A stretch of DNA of 64,000 bases from Octopus vulgaris (GCA_951406725.2 OX597815.1:210986001-211050000), one strand, 5' to 3'. Positions 1 through 14,400 are shown, counted from the first letter of the stretch. The notes: a model not told the origin generated them from the sequence alone. Numbers and translations are program-made.

Positions 1-27
1 CACCTGCTTGTTGTTCTCCCACCTTTT

Positions 28-1360
28 TTGTTTTCTGCGAATCTGAACTATAGTATTAACAATGGTAATATTAATAATAATACTAGTCGGATTAATAACA
101 GTGGTAGTGTTGATGGTAACAACGACAGCATTTCTATAGTCAGGGATATTGCCGGCGATAGTACAATTAATAATAATAACAATAATAGAAATAGTATAGT
201 GGTCAATGCTAGCAATAATATTAACAGCAATCATAATAAAAACTCCGTCTTAATCTCGGAGGAAAACCCTAACAGATTAAGGTTCTTGTCCAGTAATTCC
301 AAAATTAGAAATTCCATTTACCAGTGTAAAATTTCTTCCGGTACCGATGTCTTGTTCTATATTGGTGCGACAGTTTCTAGATTGTCCCAGAGAATTTCCA
401 ATCATTATTCAACTTTCCGAGATAAGAGAAAACAACAAAGTACAGGACTAAGTAAATTGGTTTGGCGTCTTAAGGACAGCAATATAACTTTCAAGCTGGA
501 TTGGTCCATATTGTCTGTATCCTTTCTTTTGATAAGGGCAGGAAATATTGTGGCATTTGTAATTCCGAACTCTTCCATATCCTTTTCGCCAAGTTCCCCT
601 TGGTAAACACAATAATAGAAAAATCCTATAAGTGAAAGCATTGGCAGAAGCACACCTTCCACTCATAGGAATGATGATTAATATAGATAACCTGTTTGAT
701 TTTAATAATTTAGTTCCACTTCTACAACACCACCATAGACAAATCCTTTTTTCTACTCCGTTACATGAAGAACTACTACTAAATTTCTTTGGGGTATTTT
801 TACCTCTTTCTCTCTACTTCTCCCCCCTCTCTCTCTCTCTATCATACGCACAATCAAACACACAGATACAAATTTATCACCTCACTACTAAATGTATTTG
901 ACATTTGTCCCCCCACACACACAATCACGCACACACACACACACATACACAAATGTAGTTATATACATACACACACATAGACACTCAAACTCATTAACAA
1001 AAGCAAACACCCACGCATCCCCATACATACAGCTTATACTTTGTCCCCTTCCTATTCTTAGAACATTCTCCTTCCAACCAATTTTGAACTCTTTAGAACC
1101 TTCTCCATCCAACCAATTTTGACGTCATTGCTTATAACGGAATATTTTAAAGAAACACTCATTATCACTGTGGACACCATGTGGGCAGTCATCTAAAAGT
1201 TTTTGTTCGTCATGATGCTGACATCGGTTCCTTGTCTTTCCTGATGAGAAGGCGGCATAATACACCCTTTAAGAATTAAGAATATGCAGTCTTCGAAACA
1301 TATGTCGAGAGTAAAGGAATTTTGTTAAAATCGTCGTTCGACTCCATTCTTTCATTTATA
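28..1360 (+). mobile_element. Penelope-like element 3' portion: decayed GIY-YIG endonuclease, microsatellite-rich 3' UTR and terminal hammerhead
   Basis: ORF 28..606 reads SIYQCKI..FYIGAT..LSQRISNH..STGLSKLVW.LK..WSIL. After a frameshift near 525 it continues FDKGRKYCGICNSELFHILF..LVN..EK.YK*KH, matching the PLE GIY-YIG domain and its C-terminal CxxC/LN motif. An Asn-rich linker lies upstream and a hammerhead at 1236-1311. Confidence 0.85.
1228..1319 (+). ncRNA. Type I hammerhead ribozyme (PLE-associated)
   Basis: CTGATGA at 1241-1247; stem II GAAGGC..GCATA/TATGC..GTCTTC; GAAAC at 1295-1299; palindromic ACATATGT stem/loop III; GTC cleavage triplet at 1304-1306; stem I CTTTC/GAGAG, extended by TTCCTT/AAGGAA. 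Confidence 0.85.
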
Positions 1361-1365
1361 TATCC

Positions 1366-1692
1366 TAAGACCCCCTTCGGTCATGAATGACCATGGGATT
1401 GCACCTAGAAAGTTACCCTCCTAGACACAAGTCCGGGCAAGGTTGTTTATGGAAGACCAGCAGTCGCCCATGCATACCAGCCTCCTCTCCACGCCACCAG
1501 TGTTATCCAAGGGAAAGACAAAGGTCGATACAGCTTGGAACCAGTGACGTCGCAACTCATTTCTACAGCTGAGTGAACTGGAGCAACGTGAAATAAAGTG
1601 TTTTGCTCGAGAACACAACACGCAGCCCGGTCCGGGATTCGAGCTCACAACCTCACGATCGTAAGCTCGACGCTCTAACCACTGAGACATGC
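1366..1692 (-). mobile_element. tRNA-derived SINE (family C)
   Basis: Minus strand shows a tRNA-like head (CTCAGTGGTTAGAGCG..GCTCGAATCC) then the shared central block GAGCAAAACACTTTATTTCAC..CCAGTTCACTCAGCTG; a second copy lies at 62613-62912. Confidence 0.8.
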
Positions 1693-1993
1693 ATACATAT
1701 ATATATACATATATATATATATACATACATATACATATATATATACATATATATATACATACATATACATATATATATACACACACACATACATACACAC
1801 ACACCCGTGTGTAAGTACATGTATATATGTAAACACACACATACATATATATATATATGTATACATATGTGTATATATATACATATATGTTTATATATAT
1901 ATATGTATGTATGTATATATAATATATATAATATATAATATATATATAATATATATAATATATATAATATATAATATTTATATATATAATATA

Positions 1994-2402
1994 GGCGCAG
2001 GAGTGGCTGTGTGGTAAGTAGCTTGTTTACCAGCCACATGGTTCCGGGTTCTGTCCCACTGCGTGACACCTTGGGCAAGTGTCTTCTACTATAGCGTCGG
2101 GCCGACCAAAGCCTTGTGAGTGGATTTGGTAGACGGAAACTGAAAGAAGCCCGTCGTATATATGTATATATATGCGTGTGTGTGTGTTTGTGTGTCTGTG
2201 TTTGTCCTCCTAGCATTGCTTGACAACCGATGCTGGTGCGTTTATGTCCCCGTTACTTAGTGGTTCGGCAAAAGAGACCGATAGAATAAGTACTGGGCTT
2301 ACAGAAGAATAAGTCCCGGGGTCGAGTTGCTCGATTAAAGGCGGTGCTCCAGCATGGCCGCAGTCAAATGACTGTAACAAGTAAAAGAGTAAAGAGTAAA
2401 GA
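1994..2402 (+). mobile_element. tRNA-derived SINE (family A), full length
   Basis: GGCGCAGGAGTGGCTGTGTGGTAAG head, internal (TA)/(TG) tract and (GTAAAAGA)n tail; at least 6 near full-length copies occur in the window. Confidence 0.9.
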
Positions 2403-3099
2403 TATAATATATATAATATTTATATATATAATATATATAATAATATAAAGTGTGTGTATGTGTGTGTGTGTGTACAGAGAGAGAGTGAGCCACATATATT
2501 ACTATTATGTTTCAATTATTTCTTGTACATGGTTCTGTCAGCTGTATTTAATATTTTTTTCAGTCTCCACCTGTTTTTGTTTTAGGATTTATGATCAGTT
2601 ATCTGTGTGCTATTTCTGTTTCTGTCTATATGCATGTATCAGACTATGCGTGCGTTCACCATTCATACGCACGCATACCCATAAACGTACATCCATCCAT
2701 ATATATAATAATATATGTATATAAGTGTATGTGTACGTGTGTATGTATGTGTGGGTGAACAGATACGCATAAATACATATATAAATCCATTCATATATAT
2801 ATATACATACACACGCATGCACACTTACAAATATAAATAAGCCAAATAACGCTTCAGACACAATCACCACGTGCTGCAAGTACATTCAGTTACAATCGTA
2901 GAATTAAATCGACATTTAAAAAGCAGGAATCTCGGCCTATGAATAACTTTAGTCTGAATCGCCTAAAATTAATTAGAAATGTTAAAGACATCATCGTCTA
3001 CTTAAAATTAAATTGAAATTAACTTTAAATAAAACACATGAAAAGTAAGTCTCCTTCGTCTAAATCGTAACTATAGCTACAGTATTCAGTGAAAGGCGA

Positions 3100-3524
3100 G
3101 GTACTTTTTGATTATCTCACCCCCATTAAAAAATGGGTTATCTCCCCCAACTAAAACAAATTATTTATCCTTCAATAAAGCAGAAAATGAAACAATTAAT
3201 AAACATGAAAAGCGAAAATATTAAACGTCTTATTGAATCTGATAATATTTTTATAACAAATCATACAAAACTGAAAAAATTAATAAACATGAAAAGTGAA
3301 AAGATTAAACGTCTTATTGAACCTAATAACATTTTTATAACAAATCACCCCATGCCTATTGAGGAGGCCAAAAGTCAATAATGTGTTGAAGTATTGAATC
3401 AAAAGGATCTAACCCTCTTAATTCAATCTCTTGTCATCACATAAACTAACTTTTTAGTGGGGAGATAACCCAATTTTTAATGTCAATTTTTTTTTTAATG
3501 GGGGTGAGATAACTAAAAAGTACC
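3100..3524. mobile_element. MITE with GG-terminal TIRs and 8-bp TSD (Merlin-like)
   Basis: TIRs GGTACTTTTTGATTATCTCACCCCCATTAAAAAA / TTTTTTAATGGGGGTGAGATAACTAAAAAGTACC; flanks AAAGGCGA / AAAAGCGA; internal tandem duplication of ~84 bp at 3190-3350. Confidence 0.8.
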
Positions 3525-3549
3525 AAAAGCGAAATTATGTTTTACGCAC

Positions 3550-3974
3550 AGCATATAACCCCTCATAATTTTTTTTTTTTTTTTTTTTTTAGAATTTTCG
3601 GATAAGTTTTCCGAATTTGTGTTCTACACACTGGAAATCATACGACTATGCAACCACACACACACAAAAATTGTTTGTGCTATTTAAGTGATATTTAGCT
3701 GTTATTTTTAGCACATCTTACGACCACCTCATACCGTCCTCGTTTGCTTGTCACTCTGGCGTATTGATGCTTTTTCAATACCTTTCTCCTTATAAACACA
3801 TTTAATGGTCTATTGCTGTGATTTAATTCAAAAATTCGAACTATCGGTATTTTAAACTGATTTTTTTTTAAATAATTCGAAAAATCAAAAAAGATGCACA
3901 GGCGTAGAACACACAAATTCACAAAAAGTTTCTGAAAATTCCCAAAAATTAAAAGATAAGATGGGCTATATGCC
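3550..3974. mobile_element. MITE with long imperfect TIRs, superfamily unassigned
   Basis: GCATATAACCC..GAATTTTC..GAATTTGTGTTCTAC is mirrored by GTAGAACACACAAATTC..GAAAATTC..GGGCTATATGCC; no clear TSD. Confidence 0.6.
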
Positions 3975-4349
3975 ATACGTTAAGCGGAATTCCGCCCAGT
4001 GAAATTATGACACTAAGAAATAGTTGTATGAGTTCAATGTACAATTAGAGCCTCAACACTTTGGTTTTACGCTACGACTGAAACATCTCTGAAATAACAA
4101 ACAGAACTAGACTTATGAACGAAACCTGCAGTGAAATGCAAATTGATTCATGTAGCTAAACCGACAGAATCAGCAGAACCTATTAGTTTTGCTGTGCAAG
4201 AATCAACAAATAGTGATATACACTACAAGATCAACTTTAAATGCCAACAGTTACATAGTCATATAGCTTTGTCCTGTCTCTGAACCTAGTGGTAGGCTAC
4301 GAAAGAGGAAACACTCCCCACTAAGTCAACAACAATTCATCATGTAACC

Positions 4350-4977
4350 TATTTCTTTACTACCCACAAGGGGCTAAACACAGAGGGGACAAACAAGGAC
4401 AGACAAACGGATTAATTCGATTATATCGACCCCAGTGCGTAACTGGTACTTAATTTATGGACCCCGAAAGGATGAAAGGTAAAGTCGACCTCGGTGGAAT
4501 TTGAATTCAGAACGTAGCAGCAGATGAAATACCTATTTCTTTACTACCCACAAGGGGCTAAACACAGAGAGGACAAACAAGGACAGACAAGAGCTGGCAG
4601 ACACGTTAGCACGCCGGGTGAAATGCTTAGTGGTATTTCGTCTGTCATTACGTTCTGAGTTCATATTCCGCCGAGGTCGACTTTGCCTTTCATCCTTTCG
4701 CGGTCGATAAAATAAGTACCAGTTTCGCACTGGGGTCGATGTAATTAACTTAATCCCTTTGTCTGTCCTTGTATGTCCCCTCTATGTTTAGCCCCTTGTG
4801 GGCAATAAAGAAATATATATCTACCCCAGTGCGTAACTGGTACTTTATTTATCGAGCCCGAAAGGATGAAAGGCAAAGTCGACCTCGGCGGAATTTGAAC
4901 TCAGAACGTAACGGCAGACGAAATACAGCTAAGCGTTTCGACCGGCATGCTAACACTTCTGCCAGCTCACCGCCGTC
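4350..4977 (-). mobile_element. Nested SINE family B composite: dimeric minus-strand unit with a plus-strand copy inserted at ~4590-4821
   Basis: Family B motifs (GAGCTGGCAG..GGTCGACTTTGCCTTTCATCCTTTCG..AAAGAAATA). A single 18-bp TSD, ACAATTCATCATGTAACC, lies at 4332-4349 and 4978-4995. Confidence 0.85.
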
Positions 4978-5029
4978 ACAATTCATCATGTAACCATTAA
5001 TAAAGAAGGGACAATAATTGATAGTCAAG

Positions 5030-5175
5030 GGAGTAAAGGAAGATGTGATCATCACAAATAACTCTCAGCCTGAAACAAAATTTTTGCCATATTTATTTTG
5101 ACGCCTACATGTTGCCCTTTTGAAATGGCTGATAAAAGAATCTAATGCGGTGGATGCAACAACACAAAAACTCTT
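5030..5175 (+). mobile_element. Highly decayed R4/Dong-like RT fragment
   Basis: Piecewise translation LSA*NKIFAIFILTPT..LLKWLIKESNAVDATTQKL resembles the R4/Dong thumb-region motif (NTFAVPVLTPTFG.LDWT..EI..ID.KTRKL). Confidence 0.4.
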
Positions 5176-5988
5176 TTGTGTTTACTGATGTACCTTGACA
5201 TTTCTGTGAATGCACTTACAGACCTTACTTCTCATTCTAAGTTATGTTAATATTGTATGTAACCCTGATTGTTATGCTGAAGAAACATACCCGCTGAGAA
5301 AAGGCCTCGCGGTTATCTCACTCATCTTAGCATGAGCGAAATCAAAAACATTGTTGCGGCAGTTAATGAAGAGGAGAGAAACAGAAGCTGATGTGTAATT
5401 CGCCCTAAGGAATATAGAAAAATAAATCAAATTGACACTGTAACTAAAAATGTATCCAAGATCCGAACTACTAATACCTTAATTCACTGACTGTAGACCT
5501 CGGCATTTTCCCCTACTTATGTTTGTTTTATTAATCTTTTCCCTGCGTTAGAAACAAAGATATTGTTACCTTCTGTACCTTACGACCTCTGTTAACCAAT
5601 CGAAATTTCAACTCGACCTTTCGTGTCCTCTTTCATAATTAATCCTGTCAATCTCGAGTATATATATAGAAGCAAACAGTGGTTATTCAGATTTGCATCC
5701 TACAAACACATCATTGAACCGTCTCACTTTCTTCAGATCAAAGCTGTTTCCACCACCGTCATTATTTCATTACATCGGCAACCACCGCAGCGAGAATCCC
5801 TCGCTACCACTCGCAACTACAGGTGACCAACTCGCTTCTTTGTTATAGCACGCAAATATTTGACTGAGGTACATTGTCAATGCTGTCACGTCAGTGTACA
5901 TATACTTTTAAACCACCAAGCATTCTTATATCTACTGCCAAACACACACATACACCCTTAAATCGTTAAAGATCCAGAATAGAAGATT

Positions 5989-6386
5989 ACTCTCTCTTTT
6001 ACTTGTTTCAGTCATTTGACTGCGGCCATGCTGGAGCACCACCTTTAATCGAGCAACTCGACCCCGGGACTTATTCTTTTTGTAAGCCCAGTACTTATTC
6101 TATCGGTCTCTTTTGCCGAACCGCTAAGTGACGGGGACGTAAACACACCAGCATCGGTTGTCAAGCAATGCTAGGGTGACAAACACAAACACACACACAT
6201 TAATATATATATATACATATATACGACAGGCTTCTTTCAGTTTCCGTCTACCAAATCCACTCACAAGGCATTGGTCGGCCCGGGGCTATAGCAGAAAACA
6301 CTTGCCCAAGATGCCACGCAGTGGGACTGAACCCGGAACCATGTGGTTGGTTATCAAGCTACTTACCACACAGCCACTCCTGCGCC
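5989..6386 (-). mobile_element. SINE family A
   Basis: Reverse complement of the 1994-2402 element. Confidence 0.9.
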
Positions 6387-7813
6387 TATTATTTAATATT
6401 TTTACACAGTATGATATACAACAATTCTTATTGTTCACAATATACCGATCTCTCTACTTGAAAAACACGACGGCATAACATTATAACAAAATTGTTTTTA
6501 ATAAGCAGATCTGTTCACTAAGAAGACAGTACATGGCCCCTGAAACAAAAAACATAGAACTCACAGGGAATACACCTCTGTAAGGGCTTGTCATGAAGTG
6601 CAGTCAAGTTTTTTACTTCTCACCCTTAAAGACTGTCTATGCAATCCAGATGGAAGAAATCCTCAAAGACCTTTTGCATTAAATATAGAGAACATCAGCT
6701 GTAAAAACCAATCAAGACATTTGGACGTCATTACCAACCGTGAGAAAATATTTTTTAGACGTAGATTCTAAAATGTTATCTAAAATAATATGGAATCCAG
6801 TGGAAAAAAAAAGAATGTCAAATAACGATGAACATATTGAAGCAGATGAATGAAACGAATCTAATAAAAATTGGTAGAATCTAAGAATAAAAACAGCAAC
6901 CTAATAAAAACAATCGATCTGATATTGTTGTCTAGAACAACAAAATAACGAAGAAATCTGCCGCTCACTTGACATAAATATGATAAGAAAATAAACGCCA
7001 TCTTTGGACCACTAGTAAGGAATTTTAAAAATGAAGTACCTAAAATATACTCTCAGCTTTGTACACTCTATTATTCAAACAACAGGATATACATCAAATG
7101 GTCTGGGATTTGAACTCAGAGTGTGCTACACGTTAACTGAATACTATATGCTATTTTGTTCGATGGTCCAACGATTCTGCTGTGGAAAGTACTATGACAT
7201 AAGGTATAATATATAATGCTAACACAGGTATCGTTGAACGGTTAAGAAGTTCTTTTTGCAACCATGAAGTACAAACATAGATCTCACTAAGTTGAATCTT
7301 GTAGAAGTGAAGTATCTTTGCCATAGCTTCGTGTCGACTGAATGCTCGTGAGTGAATTTTGGAAAGCGGAAACTGTGCAGCAGTCTGTTGGATAGACTGT
7401 ACTTGCAATGCAAAAGACCAGTTTTGACGCACTATATCAGGCTGATTCTGTTTGGGAGTTATATAAAGAGTACACGAAGCTATGAATACTAGGCTACTTA
7501 GGCCGGCGATTTCATTGAATAGCTGCTCTGTTGATCGAACAAGTGAACGCTCAGGCTTTGAAATCGACAGAAGAGACTAGCAATACAATATAGTAAAATG
7601 TAACATATTAATGGACAACAGTACTAACGATATAAATCGATATAGATATATAAATATATATGTATATACGAAGATACACACACACACACACACACACACG
7701 CACGTACACGGGCGCTTGCGCACATATTTTTTCATACACAATGCATTCAGATGGTTGCACACTCACATTCGTGCACAAACATATGTAGACATACGATAAT
7801 AGATAGATAGATG

Positions 7814-7848
<35 letters not shown>

Positions 7849-7979
7849 TCAAATGCGCCTGTGAATGCGTCTAAATATGTATCTGTTTTAATTCATTGTG
7901 AATGATATATATAATCGTGTGTGTGTGCGTGCATGCGTGTGTGAGAGTGTTTGTGTGTGTATGTGTGTTTGTGTGTGTA

Positions 7980-8021
<42 letters not shown>

Positions 8022-8445
8022 TACTTGTCGCAAATGCTGTCGTTAATATGCCTACCTCTCTTTTACACACCTGTAAATGGAGACAGAAAGACATAGATAC
8101 ACAGATAATAACTGATCGTAAATCCTGAAAGAAAAAATACAGATGGAAATTGAGAACATTATCTCGTCATATGACAGAGTAATATACAATAAATAACGAC
8201 CACAACAAAACACACTACGCACGCGCGAATACATACCAACATGATGTATATCTATACTATGGAGAAAGCGGCTTATTAATTAGGTATGTAACACTTACTA
8301 AATGTACTAAAATATATTAAAAGAAAGCAATTATTCAAAGGATTAAACATCTGGAAATATTTTTATAAATTCATGTTCTCAGAAATTTCCTTTAATTTCG
8401 ATTCTCAAGTTTTTTCAATTTCTTTTAATTCCAATTTCTTCTCTG

Positions 8446-11400
8446 GTCCAATTTATAAATTTAAATATTCATTGCATTCACTGCGTCCAATTCACAAATT
8501 TAAATATTCATTGCATTCACTGCGTCCAATTCATAAATTTAAATATTCATTGCATTCACTGCGTTCAATTCACAAATTTAAATATTCATTGCATTCACTG
8601 CGTCCAATTCACAAATTTAAATATTCATTGCATTCACTGCGTCCAATTCATAAATTTAAATATTCATTGCATTCACTGCGTCCAATTCACAAATTTAAAT
8701 ATTCATTGCATTCACTGCGTCCAATTTATAAATTTAAATATTCATTGCATTCACTGCGTCCAATTTATAAATTTAAATATTCATTGCATTCACTGCGTCC
8801 AATTCACAAATTTAAATATTCATTGCATTCACTGCGTATCAATTCACAGATTTAAATATTCATTGCATTCACTGCGTCCAATTCACAAATTTAAATATTC
8901 ATTGCATTCACTGCGTCCAATTCACAAATTTAAATATTCATTGCATTCACTGCGTCCAATTCATAAATTTAAATATTCATTGCATTCTGTCCAATTCACA
9001 AATTTAAATATTCATTGCATTCACTGCGTCCAATTCACAAATTTAAATATTCATTGCATTCACTGCGTCCAATTCACAAATTTAAATATTCATTGCATTC
9101 ACTGCGTCCAATTCACAAATTTAAATATTCATTGCATTCACTGCGTCCAATTCACAAATTTAAATATTCATTGCATTCACTGCGTCCAATTCACAAATTT
9201 AAATATTCATTGCATTCACTGCGTCCAATTCACAAATTTAAATATTCATTGCATTCACTGCGTCCAATTCGCAAATTTAAATATTCATTGCATTCACTGC
9301 GTCCAATTCACAAATTTAAATATTCATTGCATTCACTGCGTCCAATTCACAAATTTAAATATTCATTGCATTCACTGCGTCCAATTCCAATTCAAATTTA
9401 AATATTCATTGCATTCACTGCGTCCAATTCACAAATTTAAATATTCATTGCATTCACTGCGTCCAATTCACAAATTTAAATATTCATTGCATTCACTGCG
9501 TCCAATTCACAAATTTAAATATTCATTGCATTCACTGCGTCCAATTCACAAATTTAAATATTAAATATTCATTGCATTCACTGCGTCCAATTCACAAATT
9601 TAAATATTCATTGCATTCACTGCGTCCAATTCACAAATTTAAATATTCATTGCATTCACTGCGTCCAATTCACAAATTTAAATATTCATTGCATTCACTG
9701 CGTCCAATTCACAAATTTAAATATTCATTGCATTCACTGCGTCCAATTCACAAATTTAAATATTCATTGCATTCACTGCGTCCAATTCACAAATTTAAAT
9801 ATTCATTGCATTCACTGCGTCCAATTCACAAATTTAAATATTCATTGCATTCACTGCGTCCAATTCACAAATTTAAATATTCATTGCATTCACTGCGTCC
9901 AATTCATAAATTTAAATATTCATTGCATTCACTGCGTCCAATTCACAAATTTAAATATTCATTGCATTCACTGCGTCCAATTCACAAATTTAAATATTCA
10001 TTGCATTCACTGCGTCCAATTCACAAATTTAAATATTCATTGCATTCACTGCGTCCAATTCACAAATTTAAATATTCATTGCATTCACTGCGTCCAATTC
10101 ACAAATTTAAATATTCATTGCATTCACTGCGTTCCAATTCACAAATTTAAATATTCATTGCATTCACTGCGTCCAATTCACAAATTTAAATATTCATTGC
10201 ATTCACTGCGTCCAATTCACAAATTTAAATATTCATTGCATTCACTGCGTTGCAATTCACAAATTTAAATATTCATTGCATTCACTGCGTCCAATTCACA
10301 AATTTAAATATTCATTGCATTCACTGCGTCCAATTCACAAATTTAAATATTCATTGCATTCACTGCGTTCAATTCACAAATTTAAATATTCATTGCATTC
10401 ACTGCGTTCCAATTCATAAATTTAAATATTCATTGCATTCACTGCGTCCAATTCATAAATTTAAATATTCATTGCATTCACTGCGTCCAATTCACAAATT
10501 TAAATATTCATTGCATTCACTGCGTCCAATTCACAAATTTAAATATTCATTGCATTCACTGCGTCCAATTCATAAATTTAAATATTCATTGCATTCACTG
10601 CGTCCAATTCACAAATTTAAATATTCATTGCATTCACTGCGTCCAATTCACAAATTTAAATATTCATTGCATTCACTGCGTCCAATTCATAAANNNNNNN
10701 NNNNNNNNNNNNNNNNNNNNNNNNNNNNNNNNNNNNNNNNNNNNNNNNNNNNNNNNNNNNNNNNNNNNNNNNNNNNNNNNNNNNNNNNNNNNNATTGCAT
10801 TGCATTCACTGTGTCCAATTCACAAATTTAAATATTCATTGCATTCACTGCGTCCAATTCACAAATTTAAATATTCATTGCATTCACTGCGTCCAATTCA
10901 CAAATTTAAATATTCATTGCATTCACTGCGTCCAATTCACAAATTTAAATATTCATTGCATTCACTGCGTCCAATTCATTGCATTCACTGCGTCCAATTC
11001 ACAAATTTAAATATTCATTGCATTCACTGCGTCCAATTCACAAATTTAAATATTCATTGCATTCACTGCGTCCAATTCACAAATTTAAATATTCATTGCA
11101 TTCACTGCGTCCAATTCACAAATTTAAATATTCATTGCATTCACTGCGTCCAATTCACAAATTTAAATATTCATTGCATTCACTGTGTCCAATTCACAAA
11201 TTTAAATATTCATTGCATTCACTGCGTCCAATTCACAAATTTAAATATTCATTGCATTCACTGCGTCCAATTCACAAATTTAAATATTCATTGCATTCAC
11301 TGCGTCCAATTCACAAATTTAAATATTCATTGCATTCACTGCGTCCAATTCACAAATTTAAATATTCATTGCATTCACTGCGTCCAATTCACAAATTTAA

Positions 11401-14400
11401 ATATTCATTGCATTCACTGCGTCCAATTCACAAATTTAAATATTCATTGCATTCACTGCGTCCAATTCAAAATTTAAATATTCATTGCATTCACTGCGTC
11501 CAATTCACAAATTTAAATATTCATTGCATTCACTGCGTCCAATTCACAAATTTAAATATTCATTGCATTCACTGCGTCCAATTCACAAATTTAAATATTC
11601 ATTGCATTCACTGCGTCCAATTCACAAATTTAAATATTCATTGCATTCACTGTGTCCAATTCACAAATTTAAATATTCATTGCATTCACTGCGTCCAATT
11701 CACAAATTTAAATATTCATTGCATTCACTGCGTCCAATTCACAAATTTAAATATTCATTGCATTCACTGCGTCCAATTCAAATTTAAATATTCATTGCAT
11801 TCACTGCGTCCAATTCACAAATTTAAATATTCATTGCATTCACTGCGTCCAATTCGCAAATTTAAATATTCATTGCATTCACTGCGTCCAATTCACAAAT
11901 TTAAATATTCATTGCATTCACTGCGTCCAATTCACAAATTTAAATATTCATTGCATTCACTGCGTCCAATTCACAAATTTAAATATTCATTGCATTCACT
12001 GCGTCCAATTCACAAATTTAAATATTCATTGCATTCACTGCGTCCAATTCATAAATTTAAATATTCATTGCATTCACTGTGTCCAATTCACAAATTTAAA
12101 TATTCATTGCATCTCACTGCGTCCAATTCACAAATTTAAATATTCATTGCATTCACTGCGTCCAATTCATAAATTTAAATATTCATTGCATTCACTGCGT
12201 CCAATTCACAAATTTAAATATTCATTGCATTCACTGCGTCCAATTCACAAATTTAAATATTCATTGCATTCACTGCGTCCAATTCACAAATTTAAATATT
12301 CATTGCATTCACTGCGTTCAATTCACAAATTTAAATATTCATTGCATTCACTGCGTCCAATTCACAAATTTAAATATTCATTGCATTCACTGGGTTCAAT
12401 TCACAAATTTAACTATTCATTGCATTCACTGCGTCCAATTCGCAAATTTAAATATTCATTGCATTCACTGCGTCCAATTCACAAATTTAAATATTCATTG
12501 CATTCACTGCGTCCAATTCACAAATTTAAATATTCATTGCATTCACTGTGTCCAATTCACAAATTTAAATATTCATTGCATTCACTGCGTCCAATTCACA
12601 AATTTAAATATTCATTGCATGCACTGTGTCCAATTCACAAATTTAAATATTCATTGCATTCACTGCGTCCAATTCACAAATTTAAATATTCATTGCATTC
12701 ACTGCGTCCAATTCACAAATTTAAATATTCATTGCATTCACTGCGTCCAATTCACAAATTTAAATATTCATTGCATTCACTGCGTCCAATTCACAAATTT
12801 AAATATTCATTGCATTCACTGCGTCCAATTCACAAATTTAAATATTCATTGCATTCACTGCGTCCAATTCACAAATTTAAATATTCATTGCATTCACTGC
12901 GTCCAATTCACAAATTTAAATATTCATTGCATTCACTGCGTCCAATTCACAAATTTAAATATTCATTGCATTCACTGCGTCCAATTCACAAATTTAAATA
13001 TTCATTGCATTCACTGCGTCCAATTCACAAATTTAAATATTCATTGCATTCACTGCGTCCAATTCACAAATTTAAATATTCATTGCATTCACTGCGTCCA
13101 ATTCACAAATTTAAATATTCATTGCATTCACTGCGTCCAATTCATCAAATTTAAATATTCATTGCATTCACTGCGTCCAATTCACAAATTTAAATATTCA
13201 TTGCATTCACTGCGTCCAATTCACAAATTTAAATATTCATTGCATTCACTGCGTCCAATTCACAAATTTAAATATTCATTGCATTCACTGCGTCCAATTC
13301 ACAAATTTAAATATTCATTGCATTCACTGCGTCCAATTCACAAATTTAAATATTCATTGCATTCACTGCGTCCAATTCACAAATTTAAATATTCATTGCA
13401 TTCACTGCGTCCAATTCACAAATTTAAATATTCATTGCATTCACTGCGTCCAATTCACAAATTTAAATATTCATTGCATTCACTGCGTCCAATTCACAAA
13501 TTTAAATATTCATTGCATTCACTGCGTCCAATTCACAAATTTAAATATTCATTGCATTCACTGCGTCCAATTCACAAATTTAAATATTCATTGCATTCAC
13601 TGCGTCCAATTCACAAATTTAAATATTCATTGCATTCACTGCGTCCAATTCATAAATTTAAATATTCATTGCATTCACTGCGTCCAATTCACAAATTTAA
13701 ATATTCATTGCATTCACTGCGTCCAATTCATTTAAATTTAAATATTCATTGCATTCACTGCGTCCAATTCACAAATTTAAATATTCATTGCATTCACTGC
13801 GTCCAATTCACAAATTTAAATATTCATTGCATTCACTGCGTCCAATTCACAAATTTAAATATTCATTGCATTCACTGCGTCCAATTCACAAATTTAAATA
13901 TTCATTGCATTCACTGCGTCCAATTCACAAATTTAAATATTCATTGCATTCACTGCGTCCAATTCACAAATTTAAATATTCATTGCATTCACTGCGTCCA
14001 ATTCACAAATTTAAATATTCATTGCATTCACTGCGTCCAATTCACAAATTTAAATATTCATTGCATTCACTGCGTCCAATTCACAAATTTAAATATTCAT
14101 TGCATTCACTGCGTCCAATTCACAAATTTAAATATTCATTGCATTCACTGCGTCCAATTCATAAATTTAAATATTCATTGCATTCACTGCGTCCAATTCG
14201 CAAATTTAAATATTCATTGCATTCACTGCGTCCAATTCACAAATTTAAATATTCATTGCATTCACTGCGTCCAATTCACAAATTTAAATATTCATTGCAT
14301 TCACTGCGTCCAATTCACAAATTTAAATATTCATTGCATTCACTGCGTCCAATTCACAAATTTAAATATTCATTGCATTCACTGCGTCCAATTCACAAAT

